Counted from the stretch's first letter, positions 42,308 to 52,498 are shown. The stretch: 64,000 bases of DNA from Myxococcota bacterium (GCA_046757685.1 JBHHYV010000005.1:374-64373), one strand, 5' to 3'. Numbers and translations: made by a program. Notes: generated by a model not told the origin, from the sequence alone.

Positions 42308-43333
42308 TCAAGAGCTTAGCCGGAGAGATCCCTGGGCGCCCCGGGTCTCTCGAGCGGCCTCGGGCAGACCGGCATCGCCCCCGATCGCAGTCCAGGGCCG
42401 CACCTTCCGCAGCCAGCTCCCGGAGCCCGGCTGCGGATCGCAGCCCGTGTAGCGAGGCGGTCGGGCTCCGCTCCCCGGAGAGTCGGCGAGCAGCCGCCCG
42501 CGCGCCAACAGCTCGCGGAGCGCCGCACGCAGCTCGCTGGGAGGCGTGTCGAGCGCCGCCTGCAGCTCTGCGAACGAGAGCAGCGCGGGATGCTGGCGCA
42601 GATGCTCGAGCACCCGCAGAGCCAGCTCGGAGATCGCGGGCGCCGCCCTCGGGACCGGGTCCGGGACTGGGTCCGCGGGAGCCGGCGCTGGATCGGCGGC
42701 CTGGACCTCACAGGGAGTCCGAGGCTCCGGAGCCCCGGTCGAGGCGGCGCGGCCGCCCCCGACCCACCGCAGCGATCCTCCCGCGCCCACGACCCCCACC
42801 GCGTCGATTCCCCGGGAGGTGGATTGCAGGAGCGCGCTCAGCTGCGCCGTGGCCTCCGGCCCGATCGGGTGCAGAGCCAGGAGCTGAGTCTCGAGGTCCC
42901 GCGCCAGGTCCACCACGCGGTCGAGAGCCGTGGAGGTCGGGCACTCGCTCGCCTCGTCCTCTGCGCGGAGCAGCGCCGCGAGCGGATCGACGACGATCAG
43001 CGCGGGTGCGAGAGAGCGCGCGCGCTGGCGCACCTGCTCCAGCAGCCCGGCATCCACCCGGGCGTAGAGCACGTGAAGCTCGTCCTCGCAGCGAACCCCG
43101 AGCGAGCACAGGTCGGCGCGCAGCGGCGCCAACGGAGCCTCGATGTGGACATAGAGCACGGCACCCTGGAATGTCGCGGACCCGCGCCACGACTCCCCGC
43201 GTGCCACTGCCAGCGCCAGCTCCCGAGCCATGCGCGGCACGCAGGCGGCGTCGGGACCCACGAAGAGGCTCGCCCCGACCCGGGAGAGGTGCCCCTCCAG
43301 GAGCGCGCAGGGATTCTCACGCACTGAGCTCAT
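42308..43333 (-). CDS. hypothetical: RecA/KaiC-like core with degenerate P-loop plus C-terminal winged-helix
   Basis: 341 aa; N-terminal ~200 aa has RecA-fold-like layout with a Walker-A-like segment lacking Lys (LFVGPDAACVPRMA) and Walker-B-like PALIVVDPLAALL; C-terminal wHTH-like ISELALRVLEHLRQHPALLSFAELQAALDTPPSELRAALRELLARGRLL. Sits where recO follows era in many genomes but has no RecO features. Confidence 0.45.
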   Translation of the reverse strand: MSSVRENPCALLEGHLSRVGASLFVGPDAACVPRMARELALAVARGESWRGSATFQGAVLYVHIEAPLAPLRADLCSLGVRCEDELHVLYARVDAGLLEQVRQRARSLAPALIVVDPLAALLRAEDEASECPTSTALDRVVDLARDLETQLLALHPIGPEATAQLSALLQSTSRGIDAVGVVGAGGSLRWVGGGRAASTGAPEPRTPCEVQAADPAPAPADPVPDPVPRAAPAISELALRVLEHLRQHPALLSFAELQAALDTPPSELRAALRELLARGRLLADSPGSGARPPRYTGCDPQPGSGSWLRKVRPWTAIGGDAGLPEAARETRGAQGSLRLSS

Positions 43334-43501
43334 CGCCCGCGGGAGCTTTCAAGGCCCGTGCCTGGGTGGGGGGACGCGACCGCGCTCGAAGCGCGTTCGG
43401 AGGTGAAGAGGCCTACCCTCGGTGGAAGAAGCCCGGACGAAGCTGCCGCCCCGTTGCCGCCGAGAGCGCGAGCCAACTCCTGCAACTCCTGGGACGCGAC
43501 G

Positions 43502-44386
43502 CTACAGGTAGCCGAGCTCTCGCGCGCGCCCGAGGCGCCGGGTCCAGAAGCGGTCGGTCTTGACCCAGAGATTCAGGTGGACCGGCTTCTCGAGCTGAAG
43601 GCCGATTCGCCGCCGCGCCTCCGTACCGAGCCTCTTGAGTCCTCGCCCACCCTCTCCGACCACGATCCCCTTGTGCGCATCGCGCTCCACCAGCACGCTT
43701 GCACGGATTCGCACATCGCGCTCCGACTCCCGCCACTCGTCGATCTCGACCGCGATCGAGTAGGGCACCTCGTCTCGGTAGATCTCGAAGGCGACCTCGC
43801 GAATCACCTCGGCCGCCAGGAAGCGCATCGGGCGATCCGTCAGGAAGTCCTCGGGGTAGAGGGGCGGAGAGACGGGCAGCAGGTCGAGCATCCGCTCGAC
43901 CAGCCGGTCCAGGCCCCATCCGGTGACCGCCGAGATCCGAAGGCAGTCCTCGAAGCGCGAGGTATCGACTGGCGACGTCTCCCGGGACCGGTCGCACTGG
44001 GTCCGCAGCAGGAGCGTCGGGGCCGCGATCGTCGAGAGACGCTCCTCGGGCTCGTCCCACGACGCCCGAGCGTCGAGGAGCAGCAGCCGAAGATCGGCGT
44101 CGCGCGCCGCCTCCACGGCGGCGTCGGTCATCGCGCGGTTGAAGCGTCGCTGTCCCCGGTGCACGCCGGGAGTGTCGATGAGCACGCCCTGACCGCCCGG
44201 ACGATGGAGAACCCCGAGCACGCGGCTGCGCGTGGTCTGGGCGCGCGGACTGGTGATCGCGATCTTCTCCCCGAGCAGCGCGTTCAAGAGCGTGGACTTT
44301 CCGGAGTTGGGACGGCCGAGAAGAGCGACCACGCCGGCGCGATGCGCGATCGGGTTCGGCTCGCTCGGGCTCGCGGCGCTCACGGT
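43502..44386 (-). CDS. era: GTPase Era
   Basis: Track ORF 43502..44584; conserved part starts VSAASPSEPNPIAHRAGVVALLGRPNSGKSTLLNALLGEKIAITSPRAQTTR...; C-terminal KH domain. Confidence 0.85.
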   Translation of the reverse strand, partial: TVSAASPSEPNPIAHRAGVVALLGRPNSGKSTLLNALLGEKIAITSPRAQTTRSRVLGVLHRPGGQGVLIDTPGVHRGQRRFNRAMTDAAVEAARDADLRLLLLDARASWDEPEERLSTIAAPTLLLRTQCDRSRETSPVDTSRFEDCLRISAVTGWGLDRLVERMLDLLPVSPPLYPEDFLTDRPMRFLAAEVIREVAFEIYRDEVPYSIAVEIDEWRESERDVRIRASVLVERDAHKGIVVGEGGRGLKRLGTEARRRIGLQLEKPVHLNLWVKTDRFWTRRLGRARELGYL

Positions 44387-45094
44387 GCCGACTCTCCGGA
44401 GTCCAGGCGTTCGAGCGCGCGCGCCGCAGCCCGCTGCTCGGCCAGCTGCTTCGAGGAGCCCGAGCCGCGCGCCGCGAGCATCCCCCGGAAGGAGACGCCA
44501 ACCTCGAACTCCGGCCGGTGGGCCGGTCCACGAGAGGCCAGGAGCGCGTAGCTGGGATGCGGCTCGCCGCGCGCCTGCAGCCACTCGCTCAGGCGCGACT
44601 TGGCGTCCAGGCGGGAGGCTCCCGGCGACTCCAGGCCGGGGCCGACGACCCGTTCGATCAGCTGCCGGGCTGGCTCGAGTCCCCGGTCCGCGTACACGGC
44701 ACCGACGACGGCTTCGAAGACGTCGGCCAGGATCGAGTCCTTGTCGGCCCCGCCGCTCTGGCGCTCGCCGCGGCTGAGCCGAACCTCCGCCCCGAGCGCG
44801 AGGGTCCGCGCGTGGCCTGCGAGCGCCTCGCGGTTGACCGCGTTCGCTCTCGCCCGGGTCAACTCGCCCTCGGGAGCCTCGGGTGCGAGACGCATCAGCA
44901 GATCGCTCACCACCAGCTCCAATACCGCATCTCCCAGGAACTCGAGCCGCTCATAGTGTGCGGCGGATCCGGCCCCGGTCTCGTGGGCGTAGGAGGGGTG
45001 GGTGAGCGCCTGGGCGAGGAGCCTGCGATCGCGAAACGCGTGGCCGATGCGCTGCTCCACGCGCTCCAGCACCGCGACCGGATCCTCAGGCCGC
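44380..45094 (-). CDS. rnc: ribonuclease III
   Basis: Track ORF 44380..45276; RNase III signature ERLEFLGDAVLELVVSDLL and C-terminal dsRBD; probable GTG start giving MLERVEQRIGHAFRDRRLLAQALTHPSY. Confidence 0.85.
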
Positions 45095-46177
45095 GTCAGC
45101 GATCCAGCCTCCGCCGAGCACACGGTCGTCGCCGGCGTCGTAGACCACCGCGGCCTGGCCCGGTGCGGCGGCGCGGATCGGTCGCTCGAAGTGCAGCGTC
45201 GCCCGCTCGCCGCGGTGGACCTCGAGCCGCGCCCGGGTCGCGCGCTGCCGGTGGCGCACCTGCGCGCAGACCTCACCGGCCGGGGGCGCGGGCGTCAGCC
45301 ACGAGGTCCGAACGAGATCGATCGAGTCGCGCTCGACGTCGGAGCTGCGGCCGACCACCAGCCGGTTGCGCTCGGGCTCGACGCGGCGCACGAACCACGG
45401 CCCGCCCGACAGGCCCAGGCCGCGACGCTGACCGACCGTGTAGCCGACGGCTCCCGGGTGAGTTCCGAGGCGTCGACCTTGCGGGTCCACGATCTCTCCG
45501 GGGCCCCGCCGGGCCTCCGGCCGCAGCGCGTGGATGACCGGCCGGACGTCGCCCTCTGGGATGAAGCAGATGTCCTGGCTCTCGGGCTTGTCGGCGGTGG
45601 CGAGTCCGAGCTCGCGCGCCAGCGCGCGGACCTCGGACTTCGAGAGCTCCCCGAGCGGGAACGCGACCGCGTCGAGCAGGGCCCGGGGCAGGTCGAAGAG
45701 GAAGTAGGTCTGGTCCTTGTCTCGATCTCGAGGCCGGTAGAGCGCAGGTCCGCGATCGGGCCCGGGCGCCAGGCGGGCGTAGTGCCCCGTGGCGACGCCG
45801 CGCGCACCGAGCGAACGCGCCCTCGCGACGAGCCGGCCGAACTTGAGCATACGGTTGCAATCGATGCAGGGGATGGGCGTCTCGCCGCGGGCGTAGGCCT
45901 CGGCGAAGGGCTCCACGACGTCGCGCCGGAAGGCGTCGCGGTAGTTGACCACGTAGTGACGAATTCCGAGCGCCCGAGCGACGCTGCGTGCGTCCATCGC
46001 CTCGGAGTCTCCACAGCAGCGTGAGGTGCGCCGCGACGAGGCATCTGTGGACTCTTCGAGAGGGCTCCCGAGGTCCATCGTCACGCCCACCACCTCGGTC
46101 CCCTCGCGCGCGAGCAGGGCCGCGGCGACGGACGAGTCGACCCCCCCGCTCATGGCGACCAGCCAACGCTCCCTCAT
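45086..46177 (-). CDS. mnmA: tRNA-specific 2-thiouridylase MnmA
   Basis: C-terminal ~363 aa of track ORF 45086..46579; PP-loop LVAMSGGVDSSVAA, catalytic Cys region PCIDCN. Confidence 0.85.
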   Translation of the reverse strand: MRERWLVAMSGGVDSSVAAALLAREGTEVVGVTMDLGSPLEESTDASSRRTSRCCGDSEAMDARSVARALGIRHYVVNYRDAFRRDVVEPFAEAYARGETPIPCIDCNRMLKFGRLVARARSLGARGVATGHYARLAPGPDRGPALYRPRDRDKDQTYFLFDLPRALLDAVAFPLGELSKSEVRALARELGLATADKPESQDICFIPEGDVRPVIHALRPEARRGPGEIVDPQGRRLGTHPGAVGYTVGQRRGLGLSGGPWFVRRVEPERNRLVVGRSSDVERDSIDLVRTSWLTPAPPAGEVCAQVRHRQRATRARLEVHRGERATLHFERPIRAAAPGQAAVVYDAGDDRVLGGGWIADAA

Positions 46178-47331
46178 GGATGCGTCTCCTTGCGGACCCG
46201 TTCGACGATCCCCGGCAGGACCGCGAGCAGCCGCTCGACGTGGTCGGCGACGGTTCCGACGCCGAGGCTGATCCGGATCGAGCCTCCCCCGACCTCGGGG
46301 GAGAGACCCATCGCGAGCAGGACGTGCGAGGGCTCGAGCGAGCCTGAGGCGCAGGCGGCGCCGGCGGCGACTGCGATTCCCTCCATGTCGAGCGCCTGGA
46401 CCAGCGCCTCTCCGTCCGCGCCGACGAACGAGACCGACAGGACATGCGGCAGCCGATGCGCGGGAGCGCCGTTCGCGATCGCGTCCGGAATCGTCTCCTG
46501 GATGCCCCGCCAGAGCCGGTCCCGGAGGGCTCCCAGCGTCCGGCGCCTCTCGTCCAGGTCTCGCATCGCCGCCACGCACGCGGCTCCAAACCCCACGATC
46601 CCAGGAACGTTCTCGGTCCCCGCCCGGCGCCTTCGCTCCTGGGGACCGCCGTGCAGCAGGGGCTGGACCCGAGCCCCGGCTCGCACGTAGAGCGCGCCGA
46701 TCCCCTTCGGACCCCCCAGCTTGTGGGCGGAGAACGAGGCAAAGTCCACCGGCTCGCTCGCGAGCCGCAGCGGCAGCTTGCCCAGCACCTGGACGGCATC
46801 GCTATGGAAGGCGACCCCCGCGTCGCGGGCCCTTCCCGCAAGCTCGGGGATGGGCTGCAGCACGCCCGTCTCGTTGTTCGCCCACATGACCGACGCCAGC
46901 TGCGTCGGGCGCGTGAGGGCCTCGGAGAAGAGCTGCGGGTCGAGCCGGCCGTCCGCCTCCACGGGCAGGACCGTCACGGCCAGGCCCCCGCGGCGCAGCT
47001 CCCGGGCCGTGTCGAGCACCGAGGGATGCTCGGTCGCGCACGTGACGAGCTGGCGTGCGGGACTCGCCGCCAGGGCCCGTCGCGCGGCGTGCTGGAGCAC
47101 CGTATTGCTCGCCTCGGTCGCCCCGCTCGTGAAGACGATGCACCCCGGGTCGCAGCCGACCGCGGCGGCCACCTGGCTGCGCGCGGCTTCGACCGCGTCG
47201 CGGGCCGCGCTGCCCGCCCAGTGAATGCTCGAGGGGTTCCCGAAGTCCTCCCGCAGGACCCGCATCATGGCGTCGACCACCTCGGGTCGCAGTGGCGTCG
47301 TCGCGTTGTGGTCCAGGTAGATGCGCTGCAT
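46174..47331 (-). CDS. cysteine desulfurase (NifS/IscS-like, class V aminotransferase)
   Basis: C-terminal ~385 aa of track ORF 46174..47628; MQRIYLDHNATTPLRPEVV, PLP-lysine region SFSAHKLGGPKGIGALY. Confidence 0.85.
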   Translation of the reverse strand: MQRIYLDHNATTPLRPEVVDAMMRVLREDFGNPSSIHWAGSAARDAVEAARSQVAAAVGCDPGCIVFTSGATEASNTVLQHAARRALAASPARQLVTCATEHPSVLDTARELRRGGLAVTVLPVEADGRLDPQLFSEALTRPTQLASVMWANNETGVLQPIPELAGRARDAGVAFHSDAVQVLGKLPLRLASEPVDFASFSAHKLGGPKGIGALYVRAGARVQPLLHGGPQERRRRAGTENVPGIVGFGAACVAAMRDLDERRRTLGALRDRLWRGIQETIPDAIANGAPAHRLPHVLSVSFVGADGEALVQALDMEGIAVAAGAACASGSLEPSHVLLAMGLSPEVGGGSIRISLGVGTVADHVERLLAVLPGIVERVRKETHP

Positions 47332-47374
47332 TTCCGGTCTCCAGGCTAGCAGCTGCCCCGGGCTTCCGGGCGCC

Positions 47375-47800
47375 TCAGTCGCACGCGGGATCGTGGTCGC
47401 CGCTGTAGACCCAGGGCGCCAGGCGTGCAGCGAGCGTGGGGCCGATTCCGGGGACCCGCTCGAGGGCCTCCACGTCGCTGTACGGACCCCGACGCTCCCG
47501 CTCCCGCACGATGGCGCGCGCCCGAACGGCTCCGATGCCCGGCAGCTCGACCAGGTCCGCCACGCTCGCCCGGTCGAGCGAGAGTGGGAGGCCGAGCAGC
47601 CGGCGCGCCCGAGTGGGAAGCTCGTCACAGGGGCAGGTCGGGCCGGCGGTCGAGCGATCCAGGCGACAGCCCGCGGCCGTGGTCACCCACGCGAGAGGCG
47701 GCGTCGCGGCGGGGACCCTCGCGCGCAGCACCGCGAACATGGCGACGACCCCGAGGACGGCGAGTCGGGTGCGCCGCAGCGACGGAACCCGCGGGCCCAC
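47375..47800 (-). CDS. ComEA-like helix-hairpin-helix DNA-binding protein
   Basis: 141 aa; N-terminal hydrophobic segment; C-terminal HhH pair DLVELPGIGAVRARAIVRERERRGPYSDVEALERVPGIGPTLAARL. Confidence 0.65.
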   Translation of the reverse strand: MGPRVPSLRRTRLAVLGVVAMFAVLRARVPAATPPLAWVTTAAGCRLDRSTAGPTCPCDELPTRARRLLGLPLSLDRASVADLVELPGIGAVRARAIVRERERRGPYSDVEALERVPGIGPTLAARLAPWVYSGDHDPACD

Positions 47801-47803
47801 AGA

Positions 47804-49042
47804 CTAGGGATCCTCCGCTCGAGCTCGCCCGGCACCGAGCTCGAAGGTGTCGTGCAGGGTCCGGCAGGCCAGCTCGGTGTGCTTCTCCTCGACCACGACC
47901 GAGATCTTGATCTCCGAGGTATTGATCATCTGGATGTTGATCCCGGCATCGGAGAGCGCCTCGAACATGCGACCCGCCACTCCCGCGTGGTCCTTCATGC
48001 CGAGCCCGACCACCGACACCTTCGCGACCTCGGCGTCGGCCGTGACGCCCTCGGCGCCCAGCTCGCGGGCGACCGCCTCCACGATCGGCAGGGCCCGAGG
48101 CAGGTCCCCGCGCGAGGTCGTGAAGGTGAGATCGGTAAAGCCGTCCCGGGAGACGTTCTGGACGATGACGTCGACGACGATTCCTGCATTCGAGATGGGA
48201 GCGAAGATCTTCGCGGCGATTCCGGGCACGTCTCGCACGCGAGCGAGGGTGATCTTGGCCTCGTCGCGGTTGTGGGTGACGGCGGATACGACGAGCCGCT
48301 CCATGACCTCCTCCTCGGGGACGACCCAGGTCCCCTCCTCTCGACTGAACGTACTGCGCACATGGATCCGCAGCCCGAAGTGCTGGCCGAGCTTGACCGA
48401 GCGGATCTGGAGCACGCGAGCGCCCAGGCTCGCCATCTCGACCATCTCGCCATACGAGATGCGGTCGAGCTTGCGCGCGTCGGGCACGACCCGGGGATCG
48501 CTCGTGAAGACTCCAGGCACATCGGTGTAGATCTCGACCCCGTCCGCCTCGAGCGCCACTGCGGTCGCCACCGCCGTCAGGTCGGACGCGCCGCGACCGA
48601 GGGTGGTGATGTCCCCGTTCGTGTCCAGCCCCTGGAAGCCCGGCAGGACGACGACCGCGCCACCCTCGAGCTCGGCTCGAATGCGCCGTGGATCGATCCG
48701 GCGGATGCGAGCGCGCGAGTGGGCGGCGTCGGTCTCGATCGGAACCTGCCAGCCGAGCAACGACCGGACCGCAACTCCGCGCGCACGGAGGGCGAGCGCC
48801 AGCAGACCCGTCGCGACCTGCTCTCCGGTCGAGAGGATCACGTCGACCTCGCGCGGCTCGGGGGCGGAGCTGACCTCGTGCACGAGATCCGAGAGCCGGT
48901 CGGTCTCTCCCGCCATCGCCGATACGACGGCCACCACGGAGTGGCCCGCGCTCCGGGTCGCGGCGATGCGCTCCGCGACGCTCGCGATGCGTTCCGGATC
49001 CTGGAGCGAGGTCCCTCCGAACTTCTGGACGATCAGCCCCAT
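47804..49042 (-). CDS. lysC: aspartate kinase
   Basis: Track ORF 47804..49183; MGLIVQKFGGTSLQD kinase start, C-terminal ACT domains. Confidence 0.9.
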   Translation of the reverse strand: MGLIVQKFGGTSLQDPERIASVAERIAATRSAGHSVVAVVSAMAGETDRLSDLVHEVSSAPEPREVDVILSTGEQVATGLLALALRARGVAVRSLLGWQVPIETDAAHSRARIRRIDPRRIRAELEGGAVVVLPGFQGLDTNGDITTLGRGASDLTAVATAVALEADGVEIYTDVPGVFTSDPRVVPDARKLDRISYGEMVEMASLGARVLQIRSVKLGQHFGLRIHVRSTFSREEGTWVVPEEEVMERLVVSAVTHNRDEAKITLARVRDVPGIAAKIFAPISNAGIVVDVIVQNVSRDGFTDLTFTTSRGDLPRALPIVEAVARELGAEGVTADAEVAKVSVVGLGMKDHAGVAGRMFEALSDAGINIQMINTSEIKISVVVEEKHTELACRTLHDTFELGAGRARAEDP

Positions 49043-49490
49043 GTGCGTCGGACCTTCTCTGCAAGTGCCTGCGACCGCGGACCGACCGGATCGAGGTACA
49101 GGCGTCGCGCGCAGTCTGACGCAATCTCCAGCCGGATCCAGAGCCGGTCCCTTCCCAGGGCCTCGGGAAAGCGATCCGCCCACTCCACCACGACCACTCC
49201 GCGGCCGTCGAAGAGGTCGTCGAACCCGGCATCCCAGAGCCGCTGGAGCGACTCCACGCGGTAGAGATCGGCGTGGTGCAGCGGAGGATCGGTCGGGTAC
49301 TCCGCCACCAGGGTGTAGGTCGGGCTCGTGACGGGCGCCGAGTCCTCGAGACCCAGGCCGCGCGCGAGTCCCTGGGCGAGCACGGTCTTTCCGACGCCGA
49401 GCGGACCGACGAGCCCTACGACGTCGCCGGCGCGCAGCAGCGATCCGAGGCTCCTCCCCAGGGCCCGCGTGGAGGCCGCGCTAGGGGAAG
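49033..49490 (-). CDS. tsaE: tRNA t6A biosynthesis ATPase TsaE (YjeE)
   Basis: C-terminal ~150 aa of track ORF 49033..49743: GDVVGLVGPLGVGKTVLAQGLARGLG...SPTYTLVAEY...HADLYRV. Confidence 0.75.
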
Positions 49491-51082
49491 TCACGGACCA
49501 GGTCGTCACCCTGCGCCTCCCCCCGGGTGGGGTGCTCCGCCGCCAGGGCCCGCCACGCACTCGGAAGCCGCTCGGCGAGCTCTCCCGCCGTCCCGCCAAC
49601 CCCGGGCCCGAGGTCGCCGGCCAGGCCGTGCAGGTAGGCGCCGAGGCCAGCCGCCTCGAGGGGGGACAGCCCCTGGCCGAGCAGCGCGGCGACGCACCCC
49701 GAGAGCACGTCTCCGCTCCCGCCGGCCGCCAGACCCGGTCCACCGGTGGGGTTGACGAGGACCTCGCCGTCGGGCGCGCAGGCGAGGCTGCGGGAGCCCT
49801 TCAGGAGCACCACCGCTCCGGTCGCGCGGGCCAGCGATCGCGCCGCGCCCACGCGGTCGCGCTGCACCGCGGCAACGTCCAGGCCCAGGAGTCGCGCCAT
49901 CTCACCGGGGTGCGGCGTCAGCACCCGCACCGCGCGGGAGCGCAGGTCGGCGGGGCGACCCGCGAACCAGTTGAGGGCGTCCGCATCCACGACGGTGGGA
50001 CGCTCGCAGCCTGCGAGCAGGCGCTCGAGGGCTCGGCCCGTCTCGGGGGCCGTTCCCAGCCCGGGACCGACCACCACCGCGCTGCGCTGTGCAGCCGCCT
50101 CGAGCAGGGCGCCGGCCGACCCCTCGGCCAGCATGCCACCTCCCGCATCGGCGACGGGGAGACTCATCGACTCGCGAGAGGCGGCCGCGAGAACCGGATC
50201 GAGGCTCGCGGCGGCAGCGAGTGTGACCAGCCCTGCCCCGCTGCGCAGGGCCCCCTCGCCCGCCAGCAGAAGCGCGCCGGTCTTGCCGGTCGAGCCGCCC
50301 ACGACCAGCACGTGTCCATAGCTGCCCTTGTGGCTCCGGAGCGGGCGAGCCGGCAAGCGAGCGCGCGCCGCGCCGCGCGTCCAGAGGTGCTGGCGGACCG
50401 CCACGCGCTCGAGGCCTTCCCCCGGGAACCCCAGGTCGGCGACCACCACCTTCCCGGTGCTCGCTCGCAGGGCCTGTCCGAGCTTGGGAAGCCCCAGTGC
50501 CGCGATCAGCGCCGGCTCCAGGACGGGTCCCAGGAAGTCCCCGGTCTCGCACGACTGGCCCGAGGGCACGTCGAGGCAGGCCAGCGGCAGATCCGAGTCC
50601 GCCAGCCTCTCGAGGATTGCGCCGAACAGGCCCTCGACCGGACGCGCCAGCCCGACGCCGAGCAGCGCGTCCACCGCGAGGTCCGCGCCCCGGATCAGCG
50701 GCTCGAGGCCGCTCGCCTCCTTCAGCGCGACCACCTCGATCCCACAGGCTCCGAGCATGTCGCGATTGACGCGGGCCTCGGCGCTCTGGCGGTTCGGATC
50801 CCCCACGGCCACCACCACCGGTCGCACGCGGCGATCCCACTCGCGCAGCACTCGAGCCAGGGCAAACCCGTCGCCGCCGTTGTTGCCGGGGCCGCAGATC
50901 ACCAGTGGGCGCTCGAACCCGCCCAGCTCGCGGCGCAGCGCGAACGCCGTCCCACGCGCCGCGTTCTCCATCAGCAGTCTCTCGGGAAGCCCCGCTCCCT
51001 CGATGGCAAAGCGATCGATCGCTCGCATCTCGTCGGCCGTCGGACAGGGCCAGCCCCGCTGCTCGAGCGTACTCGAATCCAC
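49481..51082 (-). CDS. nnr: bifunctional NAD(P)H-hydrate repair enzyme Nnr (epimerase + ADP-dependent dehydratase)
   Basis: C-terminal ~530 aa of track ORF 49481..51430; YjeF-N (LVICGPGNNGGDGFALAR) and YjeF-C (KGSYGHVLVVGGSTGKTGALLLAGEGALRSGAGLV...GGSGDVLSG). Confidence 0.8.
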   Translation of the reverse strand: MDSSTLEQRGWPCPTADEMRAIDRFAIEGAGLPERLLMENAARGTAFALRRELGGFERPLVICGPGNNGGDGFALARVLREWDRRVRPVVVAVGDPNRQSAEARVNRDMLGACGIEVVALKEASGLEPLIRGADLAVDALLGVGLARPVEGLFGAILERLADSDLPLACLDVPSGQSCETGDFLGPVLEPALIAALGLPKLGQALRASTGKVVVADLGFPGEGLERVAVRQHLWTRGAARARLPARPLRSHKGSYGHVLVVGGSTGKTGALLLAGEGALRSGAGLVTLAAAASLDPVLAAASRESMSLPVADAGGGMLAEGSAGALLEAAAQRSAVVVGPGLGTAPETGRALERLLAGCERPTVVDADALNWFAGRPADLRSRAVRVLTPHPGEMARLLGLDVAAVQRDRVGAARSLARATGAVVLLKGSRSLACAPDGEVLVNPTGGPGLAAGGSGDVLSGCVAALLGQGLSPLEAAGLGAYLHGLAGDLGPGVGGTAGELAERLPSAWRALAAEHPTRGEAQGDDLVRDFP

Positions 51083-51209
51083 GCCGCGAGAAGCTAGCAG
51101 GCCCCGACCGAAGCCACTCGAGCGAGACGAGCGAGACCTCCTCCGTGGGGAGGCCGACTCCCTCGCGCCTGCAGCCGGAGCCCGCCGCCGAGTCGGCGGC
51201 CCGGCGCGA

Positions 51210-51881
51210 TCAGATCTCCTGGGGCCTCGACGTGCGCCGGGCGCCCGCCAGTGTGCCCGGCACCCACGCGATCGCCACCAGTCCGGCGAGCAGCGGGGCG
51301 AGCAGGTGTGCGAAGACCAAGTGGAGGGGATCCGAGATCCCGCAAGCCACGTGGCCCGGCAGGGCGACGAGCGCGGCGATGCCCACGACGCCCAGCACTG
51401 CGGTCGCGACAGGGCGCCGCGGGACCCCATGGCCGATGAAGCGCGTGACGAAGTAGGCGGGCAGCAGCGCCGGAACCAGGGTGAGCCCCAGGCAGGTCAG
51501 ACCGCTCGCCAGGCCCGCGGCCGCGGGAGTGGGGAGCGCAACCAGGTAGACGGCGATCGCGACCGTGGCTGCCAGGCCGGCTCCGGCGATCGAGAGCCCG
51601 GCGCGCTCGAGCCGGATGCGGCCCGGCACACACGCGCCGAGAGCGGCCGCGAGAGCTCCGGCCGCCACGGCTCCGTGGCCCGCCACCGCCAGCCACGCGC
51701 CCGGGCGGCTCGGAGCCGAGCCGAACACACCCACCGCGACCGCGACCAGGCACGAGGCGGCGGCCGCCCCTACGGCCAGGGTGAGACCGAGCGCCGCCGC
51801 GCGGGAGAGCGGGGGCAGGATCTCGACCGGCCTCAGGTCCGCCGAGAGACGCTCGATCAGCTCGTCCGTGCTTGGACTCAC
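51210..51881 (-). CDS. anti-sigma factor, DUF1109/NrsF-like polytopic membrane protein
   Basis: 223 aa; short cytoplasmic N-terminus MSPSTDELIERLSADLRPVE then ~6 TM segments with conserved Cys; start overlaps the ECF sigma stop (ATGA). Confidence 0.65.
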   Translation of the reverse strand: MSPSTDELIERLSADLRPVEILPPLSRAAALGLTLAVGAAAASCLVAVAVGVFGSAPSRPGAWLAVAGHGAVAAGALAAALGACVPGRIRLERAGLSIAGAGLAATVAIAVYLVALPTPAAAGLASGLTCLGLTLVPALLPAYFVTRFIGHGVPRRPVATAVLGVVGIAALVALPGHVACGISDPLHLVFAHLLAPLLAGLVAIAWVPGTLAGARRTSRPQEI

Positions 51882-52480
51882 TCTCTCTCCCTCTCTCCCA
51901 GGATCGCGCGGAGCGCCTTGTAGCCACGGTGGGCGCGAACGCGCAGCGCCCCGGGACTGATACCCGCCTTCTCTGCCGCCTCGGCGACCGTGAGCTCGTG
52001 GATCTGGATGGACTCCACGGCCTGGCGCTGGGCCGGAGGCAGCGACTCGAGGGCACGCCGGAGCGAAGGTGAGAGCGGAGCCCCGACCCTGGAGGTGAGC
52101 GAGGGCCGCTCGTCGATCTCGGCTGCCGCCGTGCTCTCGGCCACCGCCAGCTCGCGTCGAATCCGGCGCATCCGAGCGCGCTGAGCATCGATGACCGCGT
52201 TGCGCGCAATCGCACGGAGCCAGCCACCAAAGGGTCGCCCGCTCTGATAGGTGTGGCGCGCCCGGTGCACCGAGATCAGCACCTCCTGCACGACGTCCTC
52301 CACTCTCGACGAATCCCTGAGCCGGAACCCCACATAGGACCGCAGGACCGGAAGGACCTCGCGCAGGAGCTTCTCGTAAGCGGCCTGGTCACCCCGCTGA
52401 GCGGCCCTCATCAGCCCGCTCCAGCGCGCTTCCTCTCGCGCCCTGCGATCCTGCGTCTGATCCTCGCCGTCCATACGCAC
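51878..52480 (-). CDS. ECF-type RNA polymerase sigma-70 family sigma factor
   Basis: 200 aa; region 2 (AAYEKLLREVLPVLRSYVGFRLRDSSRVEDVVQEVLISVHRA) and region 4 HTH (LPPAQRQAVESIQIHELTVAEAAEKAGISPGALRVRAHRGYKALR). True start may be the internal Met (..LMRAAQRGDQAAYEKLL). Confidence 0.85.
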   Translation of the reverse strand: MRMDGEDQTQDRRAREEARWSGLMRAAQRGDQAAYEKLLREVLPVLRSYVGFRLRDSSRVEDVVQEVLISVHRARHTYQSGRPFGGWLRAIARNAVIDAQRARMRRIRRELAVAESTAAAEIDERPSLTSRVGAPLSPSLRRALESLPPAQRQAVESIQIHELTVAEAAEKAGISPGALRVRAHRGYKALRAILGERERE

Positions 52481-52498
52481 ATCCCGGCGCTCGGGTTA
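52473..52498 (-). promoter_or_regulatory. ECF-type promoter motif GTAACC-N16-CGTA upstream of / overlapping the annotated sigma-factor start
   Basis: Minus-strand reading of ~52473-52498: GTAACCcgagcgccgggatgtgCGTA. Matches the GTAACC-N16-CGAA motif recalled for the Caulobacter SigF/NrsF system. Confidence 0.4.

Noticed and set aside
42308-43333. Calling the gene after era recO
   Set aside because: No N-terminal OB-fold-like sequence and no C-terminal CxxC...CxxC zinc motif; size and composition do not fit RecO.
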